64,000 nt of DNA, from the NCBI GenBank assembly GCA_002747185.1, contig PDTV01000011.1:6216-70215 (forward strand), read 5' to 3'. Made by a program: the position numbers and the translations under genes. The first letter of the stretch is position 1. Each line of letters begins with the position of its first letter. Positions 17,294-29,647 of the stretch are shown in pieces. The notes under the pieces were generated by a model. The model saw only the letters and a program-made list of their open reading frames with translations. It was not told where the DNA came from and ran no database searches. Source of the DNA: Candidatus Contendibacter odensensis (lineage in GTDB: Bacteria > Pseudomonadota > Gammaproteobacteria > Competibacterales > Competibacteraceae).

Positions 17294-18346
17294 ATGCGTA
17301 TTGAGGCTGATCTTAAACTGGGGTTCAAGGACGTACTGATTCGGCCAAAGCGTTCGACGCTGGGTAGTCGGGCCCAGGTTAGTCTGGAGCGCACCTTCAA
17401 ATTTCGACATAGTGGCCGATGCTGGAGTGGCATACCGATTATGGCTGCCAATATGGATACCGTTGGTACCTTTCCAATGGCGAAGGCATTGGCAACCTAT
17501 CAGTTGATAACGGCGGTTCACAAGCATTATTCACTTTCAGAATGGGATGATTTTGTTTCTGAATTTTGTTCAAACCATCATCAATCCGGGCTGGATTATA
17601 TAGCTGTCAGCACCGGGATTCTCGATAGCGATCTGGATAAGCTGGATCGGCTTTTTGCAAAGCATCCCAGTCTGGGCCTTGTTTGCATTGATGTCGCAAA
17701 CGGTTACTCGGAACAATTCGTTGCATGTGTTCGAAAGGTACGGGAATGCTATCCTGAAAAGGTGATTATCGCGGGTAATGTGGTGACCGGCGAGATGGTG
17801 GAAGAATTGTTACTGTCCGGTGCAGATATTGTCAAAGTCGGGATTGGCCCTGGTTCGGTCTGTACGACCCGTGTCAAAACGGGAGTAGGTTATCCACAAT
17901 TATCTGCAATCATTGAGTGCGCCGATGCCGCTCATGGTTTATCCGGACAAATTATTTCAGACGGTGGTTGTATCTGCCCCGGCGATGTTGCCAAGGCGTT
18001 TGGTGCGGGTGCTGATTTTGTGATGCTGGGTGGAATGCTGGCCGGTTGCGATGAAGGTGGTGGACGGCTTATTGAGCGGAATGGCGAGCATCTATGTGAA
18101 TTTTATGGAATGAGCTCAAAAAAGGCGATGGAGAAGTATAGCGGTGGCCTTGCTGAGTATCGTGCTTCTGAAGGAAAAGAGGTTTCTGTGCCGTATCGGG
18201 GCGCGGTAGAGCATGTTGTCAAGGATATTCTTGGTGGGCTGCGTTCAACATGCACATATGTTGGCGCAGGCCGATTAAAGGAACTGAGTAAGCGAACCAC
18301 ATTTGTGCGGGTTGCTGAACAACATAATCCTGTTTTTGATTTTTGA
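17294..18346 (+). CDS. guaC: GMP reductase
   Basis: The N-terminus [23 protein letters not shown]...ANMDTVGTF is nearly identical to E. coli GuaC. Confidence 0.9.
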   Translation: MRIEADLKLGFKDVLIRPKRSTLGSRAQVSLERTFKFRHSGRCWSGIPIMAANMDTVGTFPMAKALATYQLITAVHKHYSLSEWDDFVSEFCSNHHQSGLDYIAVSTGILDSDLDKLDRLFAKHPSLGLVCIDVANGYSEQFVACVRKVRECYPEKVIIAGNVVTGEMVEELLLSGADIVKVGIGPGSVCTTRVKTGVGYPQLSAIIECADAAHGLSGQIISDGGCICPGDVAKAFGAGADFVMLGGMLAGCDEGGGRLIERNGEHLCEFYGMSSKKAMEKYSGGLAEYRASEGKEVSVPYRGAVEHVVKDILGGLRSTCTYVGAGRLKELSKRTTFVRVAEQHNPVFDF

Positions 18347-19200
18347 TGGTTAGCGCCATGTTAGGTGATCAACAATTTGCTGCTCCACGATTGTGGCGGG
18401 TCATCGAAGCTGTACGGATGCAGAAACCGCTGGTACATAGCATCACCAACCTGGTTGTTACAAATACTACAGCCAATGTATTGCTTGCTACAGGCGCTTC
18501 ACCAGCGATGGTGCATTCGCTGGATGAAGTCGAAAGATTTGCACCGCAGGCAAAAGCACTGGTCATCAATATTGGCACGCTGGATTCGAAGTGCCTGGCA
18601 GCAATGAAGCTCGCTATTCTAACGGCCAATAGCGCTGGTATTCCCTGGGTGCTCGACCCGGTAGGCGCGGGTGCGACACCTTATCGTTTACAGGCTGCAA
18701 TGGCACTCGGTTATCAAAAACCGAGTGTTATTCGTGGTAATGCTTCCGAGATTCTAGCTTTAACCTATGGCTCTGATGGGGTGGGCAAAGGCGTGGATAG
18801 TGTTGATAGTTCCGAGGCTGCACTGGGTGCTGCACAATCACTGGCGGTCGATAGAAACGCTATAGTGGCGGTTACTGGAGCAGTGGATTATGTTACGGAC
18901 GGCAAACAGGTTATAGGTATTGCCAATGGCCATCCGCTGATGACATCGGTAACAGGACTGGGCTGCTCGGCAACAGCGGTGGTAGGTGCCTGTCTGGCAG
19001 TAGAACCTGATCCGGTTGTGGCAGCAGTTGCAGGACTGGCGTTATTTGATATCGCCGGAGAGCAAGCCGCAAAAGCAGCACAAGGCCCCGGCAGTCTGCA
19101 AGCAGGGTTGCTGGATGTACTTTACGGCCTTGATCAGGCGGTGTTCCAGGATGCGTTGCGGCTCAGTCTTGTCAGCGATTGTGAGGCCGTGATTCACTGA
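18346..19200 (+). CDS. thiM: Hydroxyethylthiazole kinase
   Basis: It has LVHSITNLVVTNTTANVLLATGASPAM and the rest of the ThiM pattern. The ATG at 18346 overlaps the guaC TGA (tgATG). Confidence 0.85.
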   Translation: MVSAMLGDQQFAAPRLWRVIEAVRMQKPLVHSITNLVVTNTTANVLLATGASPAMVHSLDEVERFAPQAKALVINIGTLDSKCLAAMKLAILTANSAGIPWVLDPVGAGATPYRLQAAMALGYQKPSVIRGNASEILALTYGSDGVGKGVDSVDSSEAALGAAQSLAVDRNAIVAVTGAVDYVTDGKQVIGIANGHPLMTSVTGLGCSATAVVGACLAVEPDPVVAAVAGLALFDIAGEQAAKAAQGPGSLQAGLLDVLYGLDQAVFQDALRLSLVSDCEAVIH

Positions 19201-19308
19201 TTCATTTGCGATGCTTTTTCAAATGAACTCAAACGAGCGGGTGAGATGGGCAGCAAGATCGTATACCACCCATCTCCTCCATTCCGTGCATCGTGGACGT
19301 GTACTGGT

Positions 19309-20751
19309 TTAACGTGGCAATTCTGAATGTCCCATTAAATACCCGTCGACGGCATGAGCACATTGTCGGCCCTCACGGATGGCCCAGACGACCAATGATT
19401 GCCCACGCCGCATGTCGCCTGCACTAAAAATCTTGTTAATGGAAGTTTGATAATCCTGCTCATTGGCATTGACATTGCCACGTGCATCAAGTGCTACACC
19501 CAGATCTTGCAATAAACCCTCGTGAACAGGATGCACAAAGCCCATCGCCAACAAAACAAGATCCGCTTTAATTTCAAAGGTGCTATCTGGCACTTCAAGC
19601 ATGGTTTGGCGGCCGTTTTCCGACTGCCATTCCAGCCGTACCGCCTGAAGCGCTCTAACTTGACCATGACTATTCCCCAAAAATGCTTTGGTCGTGACGC
19701 ACCAATCACGTTTACAGCCTTCCTCATGAGAGCTGGAGGTTCGTAGTTTCAGTGGCCAATTTGGCCAGCTCAACAGCTTGTTTTCATGGAGAGGCGGTTT
19801 CGGCATGATTTCCAGCTGGGTCACGGAGCGCGCACCGTGACGTACCGAAGTACCCACACAATCGGAGCCGGTGTCACCACCGCCAATCACTACCACATCT
19901 TTATCGGTAGCAATAATCTCTTTTTCAGCAGGAATCGCCTTACCTGCAACGCGCCGGTTTTGCTGCGTCAGAAAATCCATAGCAAAGTAGATACCAGGCA
20001 ATTCATGGCCGGGCACATCCAATGTACGTGGTTTTTCCGATCCTCCTGCCAGAACCACAGCATCAAACTCTGTCAATATTTTCTGCGCAGAAACATCGGT
20101 ACCCACATGACTGTTGGGACGAAATGCCACACCTTCAGCACGCATCTGCGCCAGACGGCGGTCAATCCACCGGGATTCAAGCTTAAAGTCGGGGATACCG
20201 TAACGAAGCAAACCACCGATTTGATCGTTTTTTTCAAATATAACCACCTTATGGCCAACACGGGCCAATTGCTGGGCACAGGCAAGGCCAGCAGGACCCG
20301 AGCCGATGATAGCAACCCGCTTGCCTGTACGGTGAGCGGCAATCTGCGGCGTTACCCAACCTTCTGCCCATCCCCTATCGATAATGGCACATTCAATGTC
20401 CTTGATAGTAACAGGTTGGTCATTGAAGTTCAGGGTGCACGATGCTTCACAAGGCGCCGGACAAATTCGGCCGGTAAATTCCGGAAAGTTATTGGTAGAG
20501 TGCAATACATCCAGGGCTTCACGCCAGTTGCCACGGTAAACCAGATCGTTCCAATCCGGGATGATATTATGTACCGGACAACCACGATGGCAGAAAGGAA
20601 TACCACAGTCCATACAGCGAGCGCCTTGCTCGCGAATTTGTGATTCCTCCAGAGGGATTACAAAATCACGGAAATTCTTGATCCGTTCTGCAACGGGCAG
20701 GTAATTGTGGTCGTTGCGGGTAATTTCCAAAAATCCGGTGGGTTTGCCCAT
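19309..20751 (-). CDS. gltD: Glutamate synthase small subunit
   Basis: 480 aa. It has the N-terminus MGKPTGFLE, Cys clusters and a GSGPAGLA dinucleotide fold. It lies directly downstream of gltB. Confidence 0.9.
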   Translation of the reverse strand: MGKPTGFLEITRNDHNYLPVAERIKNFRDFVIPLEESQIREQGARCMDCGIPFCHRGCPVHNIIPDWNDLVYRGNWREALDVLHSTNNFPEFTGRICPAPCEASCTLNFNDQPVTIKDIECAIIDRGWAEGWVTPQIAAHRTGKRVAIIGSGPAGLACAQQLARVGHKVVIFEKNDQIGGLLRYGIPDFKLESRWIDRRLAQMRAEGVAFRPNSHVGTDVSAQKILTEFDAVVLAGGSEKPRTLDVPGHELPGIYFAMDFLTQQNRRVAGKAIPAEKEIIATDKDVVVIGGGDTGSDCVGTSVRHGARSVTQLEIMPKPPLHENKLLSWPNWPLKLRTSSSHEEGCKRDWCVTTKAFLGNSHGQVRALQAVRLEWQSENGRQTMLEVPDSTFEIKADLVLLAMGFVHPVHEGLLQDLGVALDARGNVNANEQDYQTSINKIFSAGDMRRGQSLVVWAIREGRQCAHAVDGYLMGHSELPR

Positions 20752-20754
20752 ATG

Positions 20755-23700
20755 TTAAGCTCCAACAGCCACACTGGCTTGCTTGTTGTTACTGGCCATG
20801 CTAGCTTTTTCCTGTATTTCCTGTAGCGCCCGCCGGTAGTCCAAGGGCATAACCTTTACAAAGGCTGGCAATAATTCGCGCCAGTTTTCCAGCACACGGT
20901 GTGCAGGCGCGCTTCCCGTATTCTGATAATGACGGGCGACCAGTATGTGCAGTCGTTTAGCATCGTGACGGAGTTGCTGTTTAGGCAACTCTGTTGCCGC
21001 CAGGGCGCTCCAGTCAGCATGCAAGGCATGAACGTTTAACGTTTCCTCAGCATCGTTTAGCGGTTCCAGCGTAACCATTGCAGTATTGGCACGTCGTTTG
21101 AAGTCACCATGTTCGTCCAGTACATAAGCAATACCACCACTCATACCGGCGGCAAAATTACGGCCGGTTGCGCCTAGCACTACGACTACTCCACCGGTCA
21201 TATATTCACAACCGTGGTCGCCGGTGCCTTCAACAACAGCAACAGCGCCTGAGTTGCGTACCGCAAAACGCTCACCGGCAATGCCCCGGAAATAGCATTC
21301 ACCGCCAATCGCACCGTACAGAACAGTATTACCGATAATGATATTGTCCTCAGGACACAAGGTGCTGGTACTTTGTGGTCGGATAATAATTCGTCCACCG
21401 GATAGGCCCTTGCCAACGTAGTCATTGGCCTCACCCGCTAATTCAAAGGTCACGCCTCGCGCCAGAAATGCGCCGAAGCTTTGACCTGCAGTACCCTTCA
21501 GGCGAACATGAACGGTGTTGTCCGGCAAGCCGGCATGGCCATAACGGCGTACTATTTGTCCCGATAGCATCGTACCGGCGGTGCGATCAGTATTGGCGAT
21601 CGGTGATTCGATTGTAACCGCCTGCCTTGAATCCAGGGCCGGTTTTGCCTGCTCGATCAGACGATGATCGAGCACATTGTCCAAACCATGATCCTGTTTC
21701 TGGCAATGATACGTGGCTACACCTTCAGGGGCATGGGGCACGGCCAGCAGGCGGGTAAAGTCCAGACCGCGTACTTTCCAATGCTGAATCGCTCGACGCA
21801 TATCAAGCCGGTCAGCGCGGCCTACCATTTCATCAAAGGTGCGAAAACCGAGCTTCGCCATCAGCTCGCGGACTTCCTCGACCAGGAATGTGAAGAGATT
21901 AATGACATGCGCAGGTTCCCCGGGAAAACGTTTACGCAGCTCTTCGTTTTGGGTGGCAACACCTACCGGGCAGGTGTTGAGATGGCATTTACGCATCATG
22001 ATACAACCGGCAGCAATCAACCCAATGGTACCGAAGCCGAATTCGTCTGCACCCAATAATGCGCCGATGACAATATCGCGCCCGGTACGCAGGCCACCAT
22101 CGACCTGAACGGCGATACGTCCACGCAGATCGTTACGAACCAGGGTCTGGTGAGTTTCTGCCAGACCGATTTCCCAAGGTGAACCGGCATGCTGGATAGA
22201 GGTTAGCGGACTCGCACCGGTACCGCCGTCATCGCCAGAAATGGTGATATGATCGGCATGCGCTTTCGATACACCGGCTGCGACTGTACCGACACCGATT
22301 TCCGAGACCAGTTTAACACTGATATCTGCCTGTGGATTAGCGTTTTTGAGGTCAAAAATAAGCTGTGCCAAATCTTCAATGGAGTAGATATCATGATGTG
22401 GTGGCGGCGAAATGAGTCCGACACCAGGAGTGGAATGACGGACTTTGGCAATCCAGTCATTGACCTTGTGTCCTGGTAACTGTCCACCTTCACCTGGTTT
22501 TGCGCCTTGTGCCATTTTGATCTGAATCGCATCGGCATTGACCAGGTATTCTGTAGTGACACCAAAACGCCCTGATGCAACCTGCTTGATCGCTGAGCGG
22601 GCGAGATCACCATTTTCCAGCGGTGTGTAGCGTTTGGCATCCTCGCCACCTTCTCCGGTATTTGATTTTGCGCCCAGCTTGTTCATCGCAATCGCCAGGG
22701 TGGTGTGCGCCTCCCAGGATATCGAGCCAAAAGACATGGCGCCCGTAGAAAAACGCTTGACAATCTCGCAGGCTGGTTCCACTTCATCCAGGGGTATCGG
22801 GTCAGCGGTAAAACGGAACTCGAATAGACCACGCAGGTTACGTAAACCGTCACGCTGCCTGTTCATAGTCTGGCTATATTGCTTGAATTTTTGATAATCA
22901 CTTGCCCGGACCGCGTGCTGAACCAGCGAAATGGTTTCCGGTGTCCAGGCGTGTTCTTCACCACGAATACGGTATGCAAGGTCGCCACCGGTGTCCAGGC
23001 GATTGCGATACAGTGGCGCATTACCAAAGGCCAGGTGGTGACGACGGACAGCATCTTCAGCAATTTCGCTCAAACCGACACCTTCAATTACGCCTTGCGT
23101 ATTGGTGAAGTAGCGCTCGACAAATTTGCTGGACAGGCCGACGGCTTCAAAAATTTGTGCACCGCAGTACGATTGATAAGTGGAAATACCCATTTTTGAC
23201 ATCACTTTGAGGATGCCCTTGGATACGGCCTTGGTGTAGCGCTCGTGAATGTCTGCCTGAGCCGCTGGCTGCAATACGGTCGGTGCATGAACTGTCAGGG
23301 TGTCAAATGCAAGGTAGGGGTTGATGGCCTCAGCACCATAACCGGCGAGCAAGCAGAAATCCTGCACGCGTCGCGCTTCGCCGGTTTCAACCACTAGACC
23401 CACTTCGGTTCGCAGACCACCACGAATCAGGTGGTGGTGAACAGCGGCGGTGGCGAGCAGGGCGGGGATTGCGATGTGATCGGCATCCACGTCCCGATCC
23501 GAAAGTATCAGGATGTTATAGCCACGACGAACAGTATCGGCGGCTTCACGACACAGGCTTTCCAGCGCAAGCGCCATACCCTTTGCGCCCCGTTCTACCG
23601 GATAGCAGATACTCAAGGTACGGGTGCGGAAGGCACGGTCCACATGGTATTCGATGCGACGAATCCGCTCCAGGTCAATGTTATCGAGAATCGGGCGCTT

Positions 23701-25404
23701 GACTTCCAGACGCTTGTGGGAACCACCGCTACTACGATCAAGCAGATTGGGTCGCGGACCAATAAACGAGACCAGCGACATAACCAACTCTTCACGGATC
23801 GGGTCAATGGGCGGGTTGGTTACCTGGGCGAATTTCTGCTTGAAATAGTCGTATAGCAGTTTGGGACGGTCGGACAACACGGCCAGTGGGATATCACGTC
23901 CCATAGAGCCAATCGGATCCTCGCTTTTTTCTGCCATGGGTAGCAGGAAGACACGCAGATCTTCCTGGGTGTACCCGAAAGCCTGCTGTCGCCGCAGCAA
24001 GGTTGCTGCATCCGGCGCCATCGGTCCGATTTCAGCGGGCAAATCCTGAAGGCGAATTTGAGTATTCTTTAACCATGTCTGGTAGGGGTGGGTGGTAGCA
24101 AGCTGCTCCTTGATTTCATCATCATCGATGATACGGCCTTCTTCCAGATTAATCAGCAGCATTTTTCCTGGTTGTAGCCGCCATTTTTTGATTATTTTTT
24201 CCTCGGCAACAGGCAGTACACCCATTTCTGAAGCCATGATGACCTGATCATCATCTGTGACCAGATAACGCGCCGGCCGCAAACCGTTACGATCAAGGGT
24301 TGCGCCAATCTGACGGCCGTTGGTAAAGGCAATAGCGGCAGGACCATCCCAGGGTTCCATCAGTGCAGCATGGTATTCGTAAAAGGCCCGACGCCCGGGA
24401 TCCATGAGCGGGTTATCCGCCCATGCCTCTGGAACCATCAGCATCATGGCGTGTGGTAATGAATAACCGCCTGCAACCAGTAATTCCAGTGCATTATCAA
24501 AGGTGGCGGAGTCAGAAACGCCATCACCAATCAGTGGCCATAATTTGTCGAGATCATCCCCCAAGGTATCGGAGCTCATATTATGACGACGCGCCTGCAT
24601 CCAGTTAATATTGCCGCGCAGGGTGTTAATTTCGCCGTTGTGACACAGGTAGCGAAAAGGTTGTGCCAGTGCCCATGATGGAAAGGTGTTGGTAGAGAAT
24701 CGCTGGTGAACCAATGCGAGTGCTGATTCGAGGCGCGGGTCATTAAGATCAAGGTAATATGCGCCCAGGTTGCTGGCTAAAATCATGCCTTTATACAGCA
24801 AGGTATGGGATGAGAGCGAGCTAATGTAAAAATGTATCCCGTTAGGCAGATTCATTTGCCGAATCGTGTTGTGGGACCGCTTGCGAATAACAAACAGCTT
24901 GCGTTCGAAAGCATCATTGTCAGGGCAGCTATCACCGCACTGAATAAACACTTGCCGAATAACCGGTTCGGTGGGTTTTACGCTGTAACCTAAGCAGCTA
25001 TTATCGGTTGGTACATCGCGCCAACCGAGAAAAATCTGCCCTTCCGCGACAATATTCTGCTCAATTGCTGTTTCACATTGTGCGCGATCGGGCGCATCCC
25101 GGGGCAAAAACACCATACCGACAGCGTAGTGGCCAGAAGAGGGCAAATGGATGCCTATAGTGTCACATTCGGCTCGCAGAAAACTGTCAGGAGCCTGTAT
25201 CAGGAGACCGGCACCATCACCGGCGAGTGGATCGGCACCAACCGCACCGCGATGGCTCAGATTTGCGAGTATTTTAAGCCCTTGCTGAACAGTTTGATGG
25301 CTCTTGCGATTTTTGATATCAACGATAAAACCGATACCACAGGCATCGTGCTCATTACGGGGGTCGTATAATCCCTCGTGTGTAGGGGTGTGGGTTACAG
25401 TCAT
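20755..25404 (-). CDS. gltB: Glutamate synthase large subunit
   Basis: 1549 aa. It has the N-terminal amidotransferase Cys (HDACGIGF) and the FMN/3Fe-4S and GXGXG domains in canonical order. Confidence 0.95.
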   Translation of the reverse strand: MTVTHTPTHEGLYDPRNEHDACGIGFIVDIKNRKSHQTVQQGLKILANLSHRGAVGADPLAGDGAGLLIQAPDSFLRAECDTIGIHLPSSGHYAVGMVFLPRDAPDRAQCETAIEQNIVAEGQIFLGWRDVPTDNSCLGYSVKPTEPVIRQVFIQCGDSCPDNDAFERKLFVIRKRSHNTIRQMNLPNGIHFYISSLSSHTLLYKGMILASNLGAYYLDLNDPRLESALALVHQRFSTNTFPSWALAQPFRYLCHNGEINTLRGNINWMQARRHNMSSDTLGDDLDKLWPLIGDGVSDSATFDNALELLVAGGYSLPHAMMLMVPEAWADNPLMDPGRRAFYEYHAALMEPWDGPAAIAFTNGRQIGATLDRNGLRPARYLVTDDDQVIMASEMGVLPVAEEKIIKKWRLQPGKMLLINLEEGRIIDDDEIKEQLATTHPYQTWLKNTQIRLQDLPAEIGPMAPDAATLLRRQQAFGYTQEDLRVFLLPMAEKSEDPIGSMGRDIPLAVLSDRPKLLYDYFKQKFAQVTNPPIDPIREELVMSLVSFIGPRPNLLDRSSGGSHKRLEVKRPILDNIDLERIRRIEYHVDRAFRTRTLSICYPVERGAKGMALALESLCREAADTVRRGYNILILSDRDVDADHIAIPALLATAAVHHHLIRGGLRTEVGLVVETGEARRVQDFCLLAGYGAEAINPYLAFDTLTVHAPTVLQPAAQADIHERYTKAVSKGILKVMSKMGISTYQSYCGAQIFEAVGLSSKFVERYFTNTQGVIEGVGLSEIAEDAVRRHHLAFGNAPLYRNRLDTGGDLAYRIRGEEHAWTPETISLVQHAVRASDYQKFKQYSQTMNRQRDGLRNLRGLFEFRFTADPIPLDEVEPACEIVKRFSTGAMSFGSISWEAHTTLAIAMNKLGAKSNTGEGGEDAKRYTPLENGDLARSAIKQVASGRFGVTTEYLVNADAIQIKMAQGAKPGEGGQLPGHKVNDWIAKVRHSTPGVGLISPPPHHDIYSIEDLAQLIFDLKNANPQADISVKLVSEIGVGTVAAGVSKAHADHITISGDDGGTGASPLTSIQHAGSPWEIGLAETHQTLVRNDLRGRIAVQVDGGLRTGRDIVIGALLGADEFGFGTIGLIAAGCIMMRKCHLNTCPVGVATQNEELRKRFPGEPAHVINLFTFLVEEVRELMAKLGFRTFDEMVGRADRLDMRRAIQHWKVRGLDFTRLLAVPHAPEGVATYHCQKQDHGLDNVLDHRLIEQAKPALDSRQAVTIESPIANTDRTAGTMLSGQIVRRYGHAGLPDNTVHVRLKGTAGQSFGAFLARGVTFELAGEANDYVGKGLSGGRIIIRPQSTSTLCPEDNIIIGNTVLYGAIGGECYFRGIAGERFAVRNSGAVAVVEGTGDHGCEYMTGGVVVVLGATGRNFAAGMSGGIAYVLDEHGDFKRRANTAMVTLEPLNDAEETLNVHALHADWSALAATELPKQQLRHDAKRLHILVARHYQNTGSAPAHRVLENWRELLPAFVKVMPLDYRRALQEIQEKASMASNNKQASVAVGA

Positions 25405-25718
25405 GGGTATTCCTCAAGAAATCGGTGGCGGGCAGCGGTCCCTGTAAGGGCGGTTCCATAGGTTTGCCTGGGTGATAGCCGAAATTTGGAGTCGCCATCA
25501 ATTTTTCAAAAGCGGCATACTAACTAGCACCTGCCTGCTTATGCAACTGTTATAAGCCCGCGATAGTATTCAGTGGAAGAGGGTGGCCGAATTCCGTATT
25601 TTAATTTTGCTCAATTATCGCTTGACATCACATATGGCTATAGAGCAATCAGGTTGATCTTGCAGGCTGGAAGCGGAATCCTGCAGGCAGGCAAGGATGA
25701 TTGACCGCTTGTACGTGG

Positions 25719-26864
25719 CTATTTTTTCAGGCGATGCTGCTCCATGGCATCATGCCATTCTTTCTCCTCGGCATGCAGATACAAACCGGTGGTATCAAGA
25801 CGGGCATGACGAGCGTTGCGCTGTAGGTGCGAAAGATCAATGCCCGCATCTGCTTGATGGGTAATGCTGGTATGTCGGAGCCAGTGTGTGGAAGCACGGC
25901 GCAATCTTTCAGCTTGATATGGGTCATCTGCGTCCAGCCGCATAGCTGCTTTGGTAACCAGATCTTTGATTATCCTGTAAATCATATTGCTGCTAATGCC
26001 ACTAGTGCCCTTAAGATTCATCACTAGGGGTATCTCCTCACCGGGTGACGGGAGTGGCGACAAACCAAGGAACTGCCGGTATTCCCGCAAGGCTTGCAGC
26101 ATGTCACGGTTGACAGGTACACGTGCTTCTTTTTGACCTTTACCGGTAACATGCCACCACCAGCGGCTACGAATCTGTACAAAGCTGCCCATCGTATGAT
26201 TAGCAATCTCACTCACCCGGGGGCCTAGCAGGTAAAGTAATGCAAGCAGGTAACGTGCGCGGGCATGGTGCTGTTGATCGCGCTTGCTATCTTGCGGTAG
26301 TGCTTTAATGGTATCCAGCAAGGCTTGCCATTGATCGTGTTCAAGAAAACGTTCCACGCTATTTGTGGCGTTTTGGTTACGATGGCGACGACGAACCAAT
26401 GCCAATGGATTGCCTGCCAGATAGCCGGCTTTAACTAGGTAACTCAGCATCGAATTGATGATTAACATGGCTACCTTGCGGCTTGATGGGCCGAGCGCAC
26501 CTAGAAAAGGCCGCCAGCGTGCACTATGACGTGGTGCTTTTGGCCCGCACCAACGTTCTCCTGGCTGTGGGTCGCTGAGGAAAATCTCATAAAGAATACA
26601 GTCTTCGCGGGTCAAACTGGATAATGGTTTTTTACGCTCAAGCAGTGCCCAAAGCAGTAATCGCTCGGCTTCCTTGCGATAGTTTCGCAGGGTTTGCGGC
26701 GAGTCATGGTATTCAGCAAGCCATGCATTAATTGCTTCAAGGTCGTTATTGGCAGCTAGTTGGCAAACGACCTCCGGGCCTGCACGATTACGTCCTGTCC
26801 GGCCATCGAGGTCTTGCGGTAATTGCAGCCGCTCTAGTGGAAGGGTTGCTGAGAAGGTGGTCAT
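25719..26864 (-). CDS. Tyrosine-type site-specific recombinase/integrase
   Basis: I placed the start at ATG 26864 (MTTFSATLP...). It has an N-terminal SAM-like region (LRNYRKEAERLLLWA) and a catalytic set that looks intact (GPRVSEI Arg, HWLRHT His-x-x-Arg, RHARLDTTGLYLH with the Tyr). Confidence 0.8.
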   Translation of the reverse strand: MTTFSATLPLERLQLPQDLDGRTGRNRAGPEVVCQLAANNDLEAINAWLAEYHDSPQTLRNYRKEAERLLLWALLERKKPLSSLTREDCILYEIFLSDPQPGERWCGPKAPRHSARWRPFLGALGPSSRKVAMLIINSMLSYLVKAGYLAGNPLALVRRRHRNQNATNSVERFLEHDQWQALLDTIKALPQDSKRDQQHHARARYLLALLYLLGPRVSEIANHTMGSFVQIRSRWWWHVTGKGQKEARVPVNRDMLQALREYRQFLGLSPLPSPGEEIPLVMNLKGTSGISSNMIYRIIKDLVTKAAMRLDADDPYQAERLRRASTHWLRHTSITHQADAGIDLSHLQRNARHARLDTTGLYLHAEEKEWHDAMEQHRLKK

Positions 26865-27123
26865 AAGCAGGTCTTTAGGGGATGGGGAAACGGGGGGTAG
26901 CCGGGTGCAGGTGTGGTGGAAGGTCGTGTTTCTGGATAACGTATTTCTTATTAATTTACCACTAAAGATTTTGCTGTTGCCATACAGGTTAAGGAAATTA
27001 TTCTTGGATGTATCAGTTGACAACAAGCTGCTTATTGCATGTCCGTAGTGGTTTTTTTCATTAAAAAATAATTCATGATTATAGTAATTATCTTGAATTT
27101 CTGCATGTAAAATGTGTATAAAT

Positions 27124-27156
27124 TACGTAATACGTAATATTGTCTTGTGGTATAAT
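27124..27156 (+). promoter_or_regulatory. Putative kfrA-like promoter with a tandem TACGTAA TACGTAA operator candidate
   Basis: An extended -10 (tgg tataat) sits at 27148-27156, 35 nt before ATG 27191. Two adjacent TACGTAA heptamers (27124-27137) lie at the -35 position. This is the AT-rich divergent region shared with the integrase gene. Confidence 0.35.
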
Positions 27157-27190
27157 CCCAAAATTATTCTTTGACACGGTAATCATAATT

Positions 27191-28231
27191 ATGGCGCGCT
27201 CTGGAATTCGTTATGAAGACGTTCAATCTGCTGCTGAATCTTTGCTCGGTCGTGGACTCAATCCCACAATTCAACGAATACGCGAAGTTTTAGGCACCGG
27301 TAGCAATACCACCATTAGCGAACATCTTAAAAGCTGGCAACAACACATGGCTGACACACCTAAAGCCATTTTGCCCCCCAGTATCCCTGAAGCAGTTACC
27401 ACTGCACTTAACATCTTTTGGAAAACAGCCGTGCAACATGCTGAAGATATATTTGCAGAGCAGCGTCAACTCGCTGCACAGTCCGTAGCTGAAGCCGAAA
27501 AATCGCGTGATCAGGCGATCAATGCACAGCAAGCTGCGCAAGCAGATACAGCCCGGCATATTGAACAGCTTGATATTGAAAGAAAAGCTGTCCGCAAGTT
27601 GACAGATCAACTGCTTGTGGAGCAAGAACGCCGCACCACGGCTGAAAGTGCTATTCAGGCGGCGGAACAACGTGTAGTTATCGCACAAGACAACATCACA
27701 CAAATTCGACATGAAACCACTGCACGAGTGACGCAACTAGAAGCGATGGTACAAACAGTACAAACAGAAATGGATAGATGTATTCATGAAGCTAAACAGC
27801 AACTTGACCAGGAACGCCAGCGTAGCGAAACGAATGAAAGCCACTTGATGCAGCTCATCGATCAAATACGTCTGGAGTTGGCTAATGAACGCCACCATAT
27901 CAGTAAGGAGCGTGAAAACTGGAATCAACGTGAAATACAATGGCAAGCTCAGCGCGAGCTGCAACAACACGAACTGGCTGAGAGAAAAATTGCTGAAGCA
28001 ACCCTGCAAGAACGCTATCAAGGATTATGCACAGAATTGGAACGACTAAATATGGAATCGGAGCAATTGCGTACCGAGATGGAAAGCATGGCCCAGGAGC
28101 ATTGGACAGCATTGCGTAAAATTGAAATGTTAACTGCTGAACTTAGAATGACCACAGAAATAAAAAATCGTCTGCAAGAACAGATTGATAATATCAATGA
28201 AAATCATGATTCTGCTATTTCTGTAAAGTGA
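27191..28231 (+). CDS. KfrA_N-domain DNA-binding protein with a long coiled-coil tail
   Basis: MARSGIRYEDVQSAAESLLGRGLNPTIQRIREVLGTGSNTTISEHLKSW matches the KfrA N-terminal DNA-binding pattern. The remainder is Q/E/R/A-rich and heptad-like. Confidence 0.7.
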   Translation: MARSGIRYEDVQSAAESLLGRGLNPTIQRIREVLGTGSNTTISEHLKSWQQHMADTPKAILPPSIPEAVTTALNIFWKTAVQHAEDIFAEQRQLAAQSVAEAEKSRDQAINAQQAAQADTARHIEQLDIERKAVRKLTDQLLVEQERRTTAESAIQAAEQRVVIAQDNITQIRHETTARVTQLEAMVQTVQTEMDRCIHEAKQQLDQERQRSETNESHLMQLIDQIRLELANERHHISKERENWNQREIQWQAQRELQQHELAERKIAEATLQERYQGLCTELERLNMESEQLRTEMESMAQEHWTALRKIEMLTAELRMTTEIKNRLQEQIDNINENHDSAISVK

Positions 28232-28240
28232 GCATCCAGT

Positions 28241-29581
<1,341 letters not shown>

Positions 29582-29647
29582 TTAAAGGCGATTCTACCTT
29601 AAACCGCCTCTAAATCACGTTAATAAATTGACCTTGATACCAGTAAG

